Assembly: GCA_003133025.1 (NCBI GenBank)
Contig: PKZK01000111.1
Span: 22,190-34,910, forward strand
DNA from: Vulcanimicrobiota bacterium
GTDB lineage: Bacteria; Vulcanimicrobiota; Vulcanimicrobiia; Vulcanimicrobiales; Vulcanimicrobiaceae
DNA length: 12,721 nt
Reading direction: 5' to 3'
Shown one piece after another: positions 1 through 8,256 of the stretch. The notes beneath the pieces are model-generated. The model searched no databases and was not told where the DNA came from. It saw only the letters and a program-made list of their open reading frames with translations. The position numbers were made by a program, and so were the translations under genes. Each line of letters begins with the position of its first letter. Within the stretch, counting starts at the first letter, position 1.

Positions 1-756
1 GATCCGATCGACGGCACGACGCTGGCCTCCAAGGGCGGTCACGGTGCGATTTCGGTCGTCGCGGCCGCCGAACGCGGCTCGCTCTTTCACACGCACATTC
101 CTTATATGGATAAGATCATCGTCGGCCCGTCCGGGCGGGGCGTGATCTCGATCGAGGCGAGCGTCGAAGACAACGTTCGCGCGCTGGCCAAGGCGATGGG
201 CCGCGCGGTCGCCGAGATCACCGTTGCGGTCATCGAGCGTCCGCGCAACGAACAGATCGTCGCGCAGATTCGCGAGGTCGGCGCGCGCGTGAGGCTCTTC
301 GGCGACGGCGACGTCGCCAACGGCATCATCGCTGCACTCGAGGAGCGCAGCCGCATCGACATGCTCATGGGCATCGGCGGCGCCACCGAGGGCGTGGTCA
401 CGGCGTGCGCCGTGCGCTGTTTGGGCGGCGACATGCAAGGCCGGCTCTGGTTGCGCCCGGGTGAAGAAGAGATCGCCGAACGCGAGGGCATCGACCCCAA
501 CGCCGTGCTCACGCTCGACGATCTGTGCAAGTCGGATCTCGCCATGCTCGCGGCTACGGGCGTCACCGACGGCGAATTTCTCCAAGGCGTCAGTTACGTG
601 CGCGGCAGCGCCTACACGCAGTCGATCATCATCTCGTCGCTCACGCACACCTTGCGCATGGTCGACGGCAAACACGACCTGCAAGCGTTCCTCAACCAAT
701 CGGCGGTCAACGGCATTCCCACTTCCAATCTCCTGAAGGAGCACGCAATCTCATGA
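1..756 (+). CDS. glpX: Class II fructose-1,6-bisphosphatase (GlpX), 5'-truncated by the window edge
   Basis: Frame 1 is open from base 1: DPIDGTTLASKG...YMDK...ERPRN...GDGDV...GIGGATEGV...ATGVTDG, which are GlpX motifs. The ATG at 106 is internal. Stop TGA at 754-756. Confidence 0.95.
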   Translation, partial: DPIDGTTLASKGGHGAISVVAAAERGSLFHTHIPYMDKIIVGPSGRGVISIEASVEDNVRALAKAMGRAVAEITVAVIERPRNEQIVAQIREVGARVRLFGDGDVANGIIAALEERSRIDMLMGIGGATEGVVTACAVRCLGGDMQGRLWLRPGEEEIAEREGIDPNAVLTLDDLCKSDLAMLAATGVTDGEFLQGVSYVRGSAYTQSIIISSLTHTLRMVDGKHDLQAFLNQSAVNGIPTSNLLKEHAIS

Positions 757-1808
757 GCAGCCCTTTGGCAGCGGTTGCCCAGGCGATGGTCGCCCCGGGC
801 AAAGGCATCCTCGCTGCGGACGAAAGCACCGGCACGGCCAATAAGCGCTTCGCGCCGCTGAACATTCCGCAGACCGAAGAGATGCGCGGCCGATACCGCG
901 AACTGCTGTTTACGGCGCCGCGCTTCGGCGAGTTCGTCAGCGGCGTCATTCTCTACGACGAGACGATCCGCCAAACGGGGCCGAGCGGGAAATCGCTCGA
1001 AGCGGTCATTGCGGCTTCGGGAGCGTTTCCCGGCATCAAGCTCGACACGGGCACGCACCCGCTCGCGCTCGGCGGACCGGACGAGAAGATAACCGAAGGG
1101 CTCGACGGCTTGGCCAAGCGCGTCGACGAGTACGTGAAGCTGGGCGCGAAGTTCGCCAAGTGGCGCGCCGTCATCGCCATCGATAACGGCATCCCCACGC
1201 AACGCGCGATCGTCGCCAACGCGCACGCGCTCGCGCGCTACGCCGCGATCTGTCAGGCCGGCGGCCTCGTGCCCATCGTGGAACCCGAGGTCTTGATCGA
1301 CGGCGAACATTCGAAGCATTCGCTCGAGCGCAGTTTCGAGGTGCACGAACGCGTGCTCTCGACCGTGTTCGAAGAACTCGCCGAAGCCGGGGTCAAGTTC
1401 GAGGAGATGATCCTCAAGCCGAGCATGGTCGCACCCGGTCAGCAGTCGGCGAAGGCCTCCGTGCACGAGGTCGCCGAGGCGACCGTGACGGTCTTGCTCC
1501 GCTGGGTCCCGGCGGCGGTTCCGGGCATCGCCTTCCTCTCGGGCGGGCAAGGCGATGAGGAAGCGACCGAGCATCTCAACGAGATCAACCTGATCGGCCG
1601 GAAGAAGCACGCCCCCTGGGCCCTGACCTTCTCCTACGGTCGTGCGCTCCAGCACGGCGCCCTGACCACCTGGCTCGGCTCCGAGGCCAACGTCGCCGCC
1701 GCGCAGGCCATCCTGACCCACCGGCTGCACATGAACAGCCTGGCCTCGCTCGGCCGTTATTCCTCGGATAGCGAGAAGGAACGGGAATTGGTAGGCGCGC
1801 CGGGCTGA
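753..1808 (+). CDS. fba: Class I fructose-bisphosphate aldolase, 351 aa
   Basis: Motifs GKGILAADES, FAKWR, VPIVEPE, ILKPSMV (Schiff-base Lys), FLSGGQ and FSYGRALQ. ATG at 753 overlaps the glpX stop (ATGA), with AAGGAG at 736-741. Confidence 0.96.
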   Translation: MSSPLAAVAQAMVAPGKGILAADESTGTANKRFAPLNIPQTEEMRGRYRELLFTAPRFGEFVSGVILYDETIRQTGPSGKSLEAVIAASGAFPGIKLDTGTHPLALGGPDEKITEGLDGLAKRVDEYVKLGAKFAKWRAVIAIDNGIPTQRAIVANAHALARYAAICQAGGLVPIVEPEVLIDGEHSKHSLERSFEVHERVLSTVFEELAEAGVKFEEMILKPSMVAPGQQSAKASVHEVAEATVTVLLRWVPAAVPGIAFLSGGQGDEEATEHLNEINLIGRKKHAPWALTFSYGRALQHGALTTWLGSEANVAAAQAILTHRLHMNSLASLGRYSSDSEKERELVGAPG

Positions 1809-1835
1809 ACCAAGTTCGGCCTCCGAGCGTTCTCG

Positions 1836-1865
1836 AAGGGGCGGCCCGTAGAGAGCCGCCCCTTT
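1836..1865 (+). terminator. Probable intrinsic terminator after fba
   Basis: Perfect 10-bp stem AAGGGGCGGC (1836-1845) / GCCGCCCCTT (1855-1864) with a 9-nt loop and only a short T tract. Confidence 0.7.
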
Positions 1866-1889
1866 CGTGCCGACAACCGGAATACTCGG

Positions 1890-2627
1890 ATGCTCAACCA
1901 CTTCATCGAATCGCTCCGCGCCTTTTTCACCTCCGGCTCGCCGCTGGAGCTGGGCCTTCTGGTGGTCGCCGTGGTGGCCGCCGGAATCGCTCTGCGCGTC
2001 CGCGCGCTGCGGGCCTCGGTCAGGAAGAGCGCTGCCGAGATCACGCCGCCCGATCCGGCCGACGTCACCTCGACGCCGACGGCGCGCCAGTGGCTCGCCC
2101 GTGAGACTGCCATGAACAACGATCTGCCGCCCCTGCGCGAGCCCGCCCTCGACTCGCCGGCCGAACCCACGCCGTCCGGGGTTGCCACGGCTCTGCCGCC
2201 TCCCCTACCGCCGCCTTTCGAGAGCCGGCCCATCGACGACGCCATCGTCTTCCCCACGGGGCGCGGTTTCGGCGACTATCGCACGGTCGATCTCCCGCCT
2301 CCGCGCAACGGCCTTCCCGAGCTTCCCGAAGCGAGCACGATCGCTTCGATTCTCAGCGAAGGTCTCGACGATTTGGCCACCGGCGGCGATCGTCTCGCCG
2401 AAGCGGTTCGCGAACGCCCGGTCCAGTATGTCGTCGGCGCGCTGGCCGCGGGATTCGTCGCGGGCTTGATGTTCCCGATGGTATACGGACAGCAACGGGT
2501 CACAAAATTGCTCGAACGGCTCGTCGAGAGCAACGAAGAACTCAAGCGCGTTCGCCTCGACGAGCGCCGCGAGGCGCGAGCCGACTTCGAGCGTCGCGAG
2601 AGCGAGCGCTTCCGCCAGACGATTTAG
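1890..2627 (+). CDS. Hypothetical membrane protein, 245 aa: N-terminal TM, Pro-rich linker, DUF883/ElaB-like TM, charged coiled-coil tail
   Basis: Hydrophobic LGLLVVAVVAAGIAL; Pro-rich middle; VRERPVQYVVGALAAGFVAGLMF resembles the YqjD/ElaB tail anchor; E/R-rich end. Fills the gap between fba and the next gene. Confidence 0.75.
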   Translation: MLNHFIESLRAFFTSGSPLELGLLVVAVVAAGIALRVRALRASVRKSAAEITPPDPADVTSTPTARQWLARETAMNNDLPPLREPALDSPAEPTPSGVATALPPPLPPPFESRPIDDAIVFPTGRGFGDYRTVDLPPPRNGLPELPEASTIASILSEGLDDLATGGDRLAEAVRERPVQYVVGALAAGFVAGLMFPMVYGQQRVTKLLERLVESNEELKRVRLDERREARADFERRESERFRQTI

Positions 2628-2646
2628 AAGCCGCGCTTCGGGGAAT
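2621..2646 (+). promoter_or_regulatory. Putative SigB/SigF-like stress promoter
   Basis: GATTTA-N14-GGGAAT resembles the SigB-type consensus GTTT(AA)-N12-14-GGGWAW and precedes a stress-family gene. Confidence 0.35.
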
Positions 2647-2690
2647 ACCCCTCCCGTGTTTCTCGGCGATTGCCGGAGGGAGTGGGTACA

Positions 2691-2951
2691 GTGAGCATCT
2701 TAGCGTGGATCGTCGTGGGCCTCATTGCGGGCGTCTTGGCGAAGTGGGCCGTCCCCGGCGAGGGTCCGGGTGGATTGATCGGAGATCTGATCACGGGCGT
2801 GATCGGAGCTGTCGTCGGTGGCTGGATATTCAACGCGTTCGGCGCTGCCGGGGCGAGCGGCATCAACATCTACAGCGTGGTGGTCGCCTTCGTGGGCGCG
2901 GTGATCTTGCTGCTGATCCTGCGTGCGTTCTCGCGACGCAGCGTCGCCTAA
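2691..2951 (+). CDS. GlsB/YeaQ/YmgE family (transglycosylase-associated) stress-response membrane protein, 86 aa
   Basis: MSILAWIVVGLIAGVLAK..PG..PGG....GVIGAVVGGWIF...AFVGAVILL is the typical pattern. GTG at 2691 with GGAGGGAG at 2675-2682. Confidence 0.93.
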   Translation: MSILAWIVVGLIAGVLAKWAVPGEGPGGLIGDLITGVIGAVVGGWIFNAFGAAGASGINIYSVVVAFVGAVILLLILRAFSRRSVA

Positions 2952-3085
2952 GCGATGAGGTAAACTCGACCAACGCGGACGGCCGCCGGTTCGTAGGCGC
3001 AGAGCGGGTCGCTCTCCAACGGATCGCCGGTCGCCGCAAACGCGCGAGCGGTGTTCCGTGACGACGCCGTGAAAATCGCGCGGAC

Positions 3086-5068
3086 ATGTTTGTGAGGATG
3101 TATGGACTCGCCGCGTTTTTCATTGCTGCCGCCGGCGCGCGGGCGAGCGCGGCCGACGTACCCTCACCCTCGCCGTCACCGACACCGTCACTCGCACCGA
3201 TCGGGAAAGTCACGGTTGCCACCGGCTCCTCACGCTCGCTGCATCAACTGCCGTTTCCCGCGGCGGCTTTCAATCCCGAACTGGTGTCGGGCGGCGACGG
3301 CGCGGCCGACGACCTCCTGCGAACGCTCCCGGGCATCGACCTCAACCGCGGTGCGTCGACGTTCGCGCCGTACGGGCTCACGCGCATCTCGATCGGCGGC
3401 GCGGGTACCGACCGCGGAGCGCTCTTCGTCGACGGCGTGCCCGGTCAGGACGGGTTCGGCGGTCAGGCCGACTGGTCGCTGATCCCGGCGCACGCGGTCG
3501 AAGACGCGCAGATTCTGATCGGGCCCGGTTCGGCGTTGTACGGTTCGGGAGCGATCGGCGGCGTGTTGTCGCTGCGCACGTTCGGGGCGGCCGACGTCGG
3601 TGCGCAACCGGTTGCCGACCTCGATTCCGGCATCTCTTCCCTGGGCAGCGATTCGACGTTGCTGGCGGGCACGCCGGCCGGCGACCACTGGCGGCTGGGT
3701 GTGTGGGGTGCAACGAGCCGCACGAGCTTCGTTTCGCTTCCACCCAACTCGCGCGCGCCCGGCTTCAACGGCGTCGCCACCACCGTGACCGATGCGATGC
3801 GCGCCACGGCCCGCTACACGGGCGGGCCGCTGACGCTCGACCTGGGCCTGGAAAACGGGAGCGACGCGCAACAGGAAGGCCGCACCAATTACGACTTCTG
3901 GCGCTCGGGATCCCAAGCCGATCTCCGCGCCACCGAATCGTTCGGGAACGATGCCGTGATCTTTCGTTCGTTCGTTCGGGAGAGTACGATCGTCAACGTG
4001 GCAGATTCGTTTCCCAAGGATCCCGGTGCCCTCTCGTACGTTCAACTCGTGCCGGATTCCGACGCCGGCCAATCGCTCGACTTCACGAGCGCGAGCGCGC
4101 ACTCCGATCTGCTGGTGCGCTTCGAAACGCGCGGCGTGACCGGGTACAATAGTCAGGCTTCGGCCAAGGACGTGCTCGAGAGTTCGGGCGACGGCAGGCA
4201 GCGTTACGATGCGTTCGCCGTGCAGGATGAAGTCAACAGCGGGCGCTTTCGCCTGGTGCTGGGACTACGCGGCGACGATATCGACACCCACGCCGAAGCG
4301 CTCAAAGAGGGCACCGTCGACCAAACCGCCGGCGCGATCAGCCCGCGCGTCGCGCTCGCGTATCTCTCCGGCGATTTCACGCTGCGGGCCTACGAGGGCG
4401 GCGGCTTTCGCGCGCCCTTTCTCAACGAACTCGTGCGCAGCTATCGCATCGGCGCAACCGAATATCTCTCCAACCTCAACCTCTTGCCGGAGCGCTCCAG
4501 TGCGGGCGGGGTCGGCGTCGATTACGCGCACGGTCCGTTGCGCGTGGCGCTCGATCTGCAGTCGACCGGCGTCTCCGACGCGCTGGATTTCAAAACGATC
4601 GCGACCAATGTCGAGATGCGTTCAAACGTCGGGAAGACGCGTACCGATGCGGCCTCGCTGATCGTCTCGCGCAGCGCCGGCTGCAATCGTTACGACGTGC
4701 AGTACGGCGATCGCGACGCCCGCGTTACCGCCGACGACGACCAAGCGTTGATCGGCAAGCGGTTGACCTACGTGCCCGCGCAGACGGCCTCGCTGGGTTG
4801 GACGCGGACCACGCAGACGCAGGTGAGCGTGCGCGTCGAGTATCTGGGCAAGACCTACGCCGACGATCTGAACGCCGAACCACTGGGCACGGCGGGATTG
4901 CTCGACGTTTCCTACGCGGTTCCGGCGGGCCGCGAGTCGACGCTCTCGATCGGCGCGAGCAACGCGACCGGCGCGCATTACCTCACCAGCCCCGACCGTC
5001 AGGGACCGCCTTCGAACGTCTGGTTGCGGCTGAACCTCGGTCCGCATCCCAAGCCCTGCGCGCCGTAA
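3086..5068 (+). CDS. TonB-dependent outer-membrane receptor, about 660 aa (start 3086 or 3098)
   Basis: Signal peptide ending ARASA, PSPSPSPTPS linker, plug motifs DLLRTLPG, FVDGVP and GPGSALYGSGAIGGV, barrel motifs SPRVAL, GFRAPFLNEL and LLPE. Confidence 0.92.
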   Translation: MFVRMYGLAAFFIAAAGARASAADVPSPSPSPTPSLAPIGKVTVATGSSRSLHQLPFPAAAFNPELVSGGDGAADDLLRTLPGIDLNRGASTFAPYGLTRISIGGAGTDRGALFVDGVPGQDGFGGQADWSLIPAHAVEDAQILIGPGSALYGSGAIGGVLSLRTFGAADVGAQPVADLDSGISSLGSDSTLLAGTPAGDHWRLGVWGATSRTSFVSLPPNSRAPGFNGVATTVTDAMRATARYTGGPLTLDLGLENGSDAQQEGRTNYDFWRSGSQADLRATESFGNDAVIFRSFVRESTIVNVADSFPKDPGALSYVQLVPDSDAGQSLDFTSASAHSDLLVRFETRGVTGYNSQASAKDVLESSGDGRQRYDAFAVQDEVNSGRFRLVLGLRGDDIDTHAEALKEGTVDQTAGAISPRVALAYLSGDFTLRAYEGGGFRAPFLNELVRSYRIGATEYLSNLNLLPERSSAGGVGVDYAHGPLRVALDLQSTGVSDALDFKTIATNVEMRSNVGKTRTDAASLIVSRSAGCNRYDVQYGDRDARVTADDDQALIGKRLTYVPAQTASLGWTRTTQTQVSVRVEYLGKTYADDLNAEPLGTAGLLDVSYAVPAGRESTLSIGASNATGAHYLTSPDRQGPPSNVWLRLNLGPHPKPCAP

Positions 5069-5090
5069 CGCGCAAGGCTCGGGACTCGGC

Positions 5091-8000
5091 CTACTTGTGC
5101 TTGTCGGTCAAGCCGAAGACTTCGACGGTGCCCTGCGAGGCGACGTAGACTTTTCCGTTTGCCACGAGGGGGCTCAAGAAGCTGTTGCTCTTGGGCCAGG
5201 TTCCGGCCGGCGACGAGTAGAGCAGCGTCGCCAGGTTCGTCGCGTCGTAAGCCTCGAGCGTCACCGTGGTGCCGCGCTCGATCTCCCACAGGATGCCGGT
5301 TCCCGCCGTCTGCCCGTTCGAGGAGACGACCGGTAGCGAGCCGCCGTAGCCTGCGTTACTGGAGCCCGTCGAGGTCAGCGTGAGCGACGGTTTGCCCGAG
5401 GGTGAAGTCGACAACTGGTAGGCGTGGATCGTGTCGCCGCCCGTTTGGTAGTAGACGAACTGTCCCGTCGGCCCGCTGTAGTAGGCCGGACCACCCCACA
5501 CGCCGCCGCCGGAGTCGTTGATCACTTGCAGGGCGCCCGTGTCGTTGGTGTGTTCGTGACCCAGCTTGTCCCGATCGAGCAGATACAGCACCGAGGCTTT
5601 GCCCATCGCGACGGCTAGGTTCGGATACTGCGTTCCGGTTTGCTGCGGTATGAGCATCACGCCGCCCGATCCGAAGTCCGTATCGCCGCTGTTGTACTGA
5701 TTCCAGTTGGCCGGGGTGAAGTAGTCGACGATCTTCGAGAGGTTGTTCTTGACTCTGATCACGCTCTCGCCGTAATTGAGTCCGCCCTTCGTATCGGCGT
5801 TGAACGCACCGTTGCCGGTGATCGCGAAGATGTTGCCCTTGGCGTCGACGGCCGGAGCGAAGCCGGTCATCCAGATGCTCGAGAGCAGATACCCGGCGCC
5901 GTCTTCGATCGTGGGCACGGCGGCTTCTTGCGCCAGGCTCGCGTTGTAACGCAGGAGCCAGCCGACGATGTTGCCCGCGTTGTTGTCGCAGTGCGACCCG
6001 AGGCCCACGTAGAGCGAGTTGTTGGCCCACACCAGGCTGGTACGGCTGTACTGATTTTGCGAATCGAGGTCGATCGTGCCGCCGTTGCTCAACACGACCG
6101 ACGCCGAGAGGTCGACCGGCGTGACCTTGTCGGTCAACGTGGCGATGCTCAACGCGTGCAGTGCGAGATGGAAGACGCCCTGTGAGGGTTCCACGTTGGT
6201 CACGACGTAGATCGTGCCCGACTTCAGATCGATGGCCGGCGTCGAGGTGACGCCGTACACGGGCTGAATGTCGCCGCAGCCGATATCGTTGGCTTTTGCG
6301 GCCGTGCCCAGGCTGATGAAGTTGAGTTGCGCGCCCGAATCCGCGTCGAACTCGTACACGCTGGCGTTCTCGGTGGCCACGATCAGCACGTTGTGCGTGC
6401 CCTGGCTGCCCAGGTTGTAGTTCGCGACGTAGAGCGGTTGTGCGAGTACGCCGCCGTCGACGTTGAGCGTCTGCAGCAGCCCGAAGGAGCCCGAATTCAC
6501 GTTACTGGTGGTCAAGATCGTTTCGTTCGGGTTCCAACCGGTGTGCAGCAGGTCGTTGTGATAGATCGACGAGCTGCTGGGCTGGGTTTTCGAGCCGTTT
6601 AGATCGTGCACGGCGACCGTCGCGCTCTGGATCTTGAATGAGGCGCCCGCGTCGCGCGTGGCGTTGATCAGGATCTGCTCGCCGGGATGCGCCGCGCGGT
6701 AAACGATCGTGTAGACGCCCGGCCGATTCTCCACGTCGTCGCGCAGAATCTGTCCGGAGTACACTTTGCCGTCGAGCGTTGCGGTGATGTGCGCGGTAGC
6801 GCGCTCGACGGCTGCGTAGATGCGCACCACGCGTTCGGTGGTGTCGGCCGGTGCGGCGACCGCCCAGCCCGCACCCGTGCGGGTCATGCCGAGCGGTCTG
6901 CCTTCGGTCGCGGGCCGCGCATCGGCGAGGGGCTGGCCGAGGCCGATCGCGACGCCCGGCTTGCCGCCCAGGTTCAGGCTCACCGGTGCGGCGAGCGGCT
7001 TGACCGCGTTCGGCCGGAAGGCCGGCTGCTTGATGGCGTCGTGTTCGGCGACGAACGGTGACGCGTCGGTGCCGATGATCAACGGCGCGTTCGGATTGGC
7101 GCGTCCGCGGCCGAGCCGCAGCACGTCGGGCGAATCCGCCGAGACGACGCGTCCGTTGCCGAACTCGCTGCGGAAGATGGCCAGAATCTGCGCCGAACGC
7201 ACCGAGTACCAGGCGCGCACCAGCGCGTCGGGGTCGTTGCCGCCCAAGTGGAAGTTGCGCGCGGCCATCAGCGCCCAATTATAGGTCGGGCTGTTTCGTC
7301 TGAAGATATCTTCGTTGCCGTACTGCAAGACGGGACGCAGGCTCGGATCGAGCGTGCGGCGCGACTGGTTGGCGAGGTTGCGAATGTAGCCGTCGGTCGC
7401 GCCGACCGGCACGGAGAGCCACGGATTCGCGCCGGTCAGATTGGCCAGCAGGCTCATGTACTCGACGGCGGCGCCGTTGGGCGCGGCCTGGGTCGGCCGC
7501 AGCACGCGCGGGCGCAGCGGCGCCACGGCGGAGTCCGCGAACGAGCCGGCGCGCATCCAAGCGCTGAAGCGTATGACGTTTGCGCCCGAGACCGACTGTA
7601 CGAATGAGGCGAGGAACGGATGTGCGGCGGCGCTGCCTTCGAGCCCGGGCAAAATCAGGCGAACGTTACGGAGCGGATTTTGCGTATCCATGGCCGTGAC
7701 GCGCAGGCGCAGTCCCGTTCCGTCGTTCGGTCTCACGTGCACGACCAGCCGACCCGGTCCGCCGCCCTCGGCGAGCGAACCGCCCGAAACCTCGAAACGT
7801 CCGCTGCCGGCGAACAGCAGCGTGTAGTCGCCGGACGGGTAGCGTTCCGTCGTGTATACGATTCGCTCGGCGGCTTGGCCGGGCGAAAGCGAAAGCAGAT
7901 TGCCTTCGGGATCGAGCTTCAACGGCGCGCTCGACGTGCTGAGCCATGGCGACGCCTGTTGCAACGCGTCGGCGAAAATCAACCCGCTGCCGGAGCCGGG

Positions 8001-8123
8001 GCCGAGTTCGCGCAATTCGACGGTGCGTGGCGGTACGATCGCGGCCGCGGCCGGCAAGCACTGCAGGACGAACGTCGAGACGAGCGCTGCGACGATCCAA
8101 GGGGCTCTTCCATTCCGAAACAC
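5091..8123 (-). CDS. Large exported multidomain protein, about 1010 aa: degenerate glycoside-hydrolase-like region, small beta domain and PQQ-like beta-propeller
   Basis: GTG at 8123 with AAAGG 9 nt upstream gives a clean signal peptide (MFRNGRAPWIVAALVSTFVLQCLPAAAA), preferred over ATG 8195. C-terminal half has HNDxxHTGWNPNETILT, AQPLYV, TSTPAID, DTDFGSGG and PLVANGKVYV, typical of PQQ-repeat-annotated propellers. Confidence 0.85.
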   Translation of the reverse strand: MFRNGRAPWIVAALVSTFVLQCLPAAAAIVPPRTVELRELGPGSGSGLIFADALQQASPWLSTSSAPLKLDPEGNLLSLSPGQAAERIVYTTERYPSGDYTLLFAGSGRFEVSGGSLAEGGGPGRLVVHVRPNDGTGLRLRVTAMDTQNPLRNVRLILPGLEGSAAAHPFLASFVQSVSGANVIRFSAWMRAGSFADSAVAPLRPRVLRPTQAAPNGAAVEYMSLLANLTGANPWLSVPVGATDGYIRNLANQSRRTLDPSLRPVLQYGNEDIFRRNSPTYNWALMAARNFHLGGNDPDALVRAWYSVRSAQILAIFRSEFGNGRVVSADSPDVLRLGRGRANPNAPLIIGTDASPFVAEHDAIKQPAFRPNAVKPLAAPVSLNLGGKPGVAIGLGQPLADARPATEGRPLGMTRTGAGWAVAAPADTTERVVRIYAAVERATAHITATLDGKVYSGQILRDDVENRPGVYTIVYRAAHPGEQILINATRDAGASFKIQSATVAVHDLNGSKTQPSSSSIYHNDLLHTGWNPNETILTTSNVNSGSFGLLQTLNVDGGVLAQPLYVANYNLGSQGTHNVLIVATENASVYEFDADSGAQLNFISLGTAAKANDIGCGDIQPVYGVTSTPAIDLKSGTIYVVTNVEPSQGVFHLALHALSIATLTDKVTPVDLSASVVLSNGGTIDLDSQNQYSRTSLVWANNSLYVGLGSHCDNNAGNIVGWLLRYNASLAQEAAVPTIEDGAGYLLSSIWMTGFAPAVDAKGNIFAITGNGAFNADTKGGLNYGESVIRVKNNLSKIVDYFTPANWNQYNSGDTDFGSGGVMLIPQQTGTQYPNLAVAMGKASVLYLLDRDKLGHEHTNDTGALQVINDSGGGVWGGPAYYSGPTGQFVYYQTGGDTIHAYQLSTSPSGKPSLTLTSTGSSNAGYGGSLPVVSSNGQTAGTGILWEIERGTTVTLEAYDATNLATLLYSSPAGTWPKSNSFLSPLVANGKVYVASQGTVEVFGLTDKHK

Positions 8124-8256
8124 AGGTTCGCGCCTTTCTCGGGCAAGGAACGGGGCGAAGGCTTCGTCTCTTCGGTCGAGTCGGAGGGTTCCCATGCTCG
8201 GAGGGCTCGCAGGAGCGCAGGCTGTGCGCCTGGTCGCTACGCCGGTAGTCTCTACG

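Noticed and set aside
525..752. N-terminal extension of the aldolase in the ORF track
   Set aside because: It overlaps glpX and is not protein-like. An RBS and the ATGA overlap place the start at 753.
612..1901. 429-aa antisense ORF
   Set aside because: Shadow of fba caused by GC-rich codon bias; no recognisable motifs.
2952..3085. Possible riboswitch (cobalamin or TPP) upstream of the TBDR; small hairpin AGAGCG-GGT-CGCTCT at 3001-3015
   Set aside because: No B12-box or TPP consensus is visible, and a single 6-bp stem is expected by chance at this GC content. An Rfam scan would settle it.
3161..3190. Degenerate 6-nt tandem repeat
   Set aside because: It only encodes the PSPSPSPTPS linker and is too imperfect to be a phase-variation tract.
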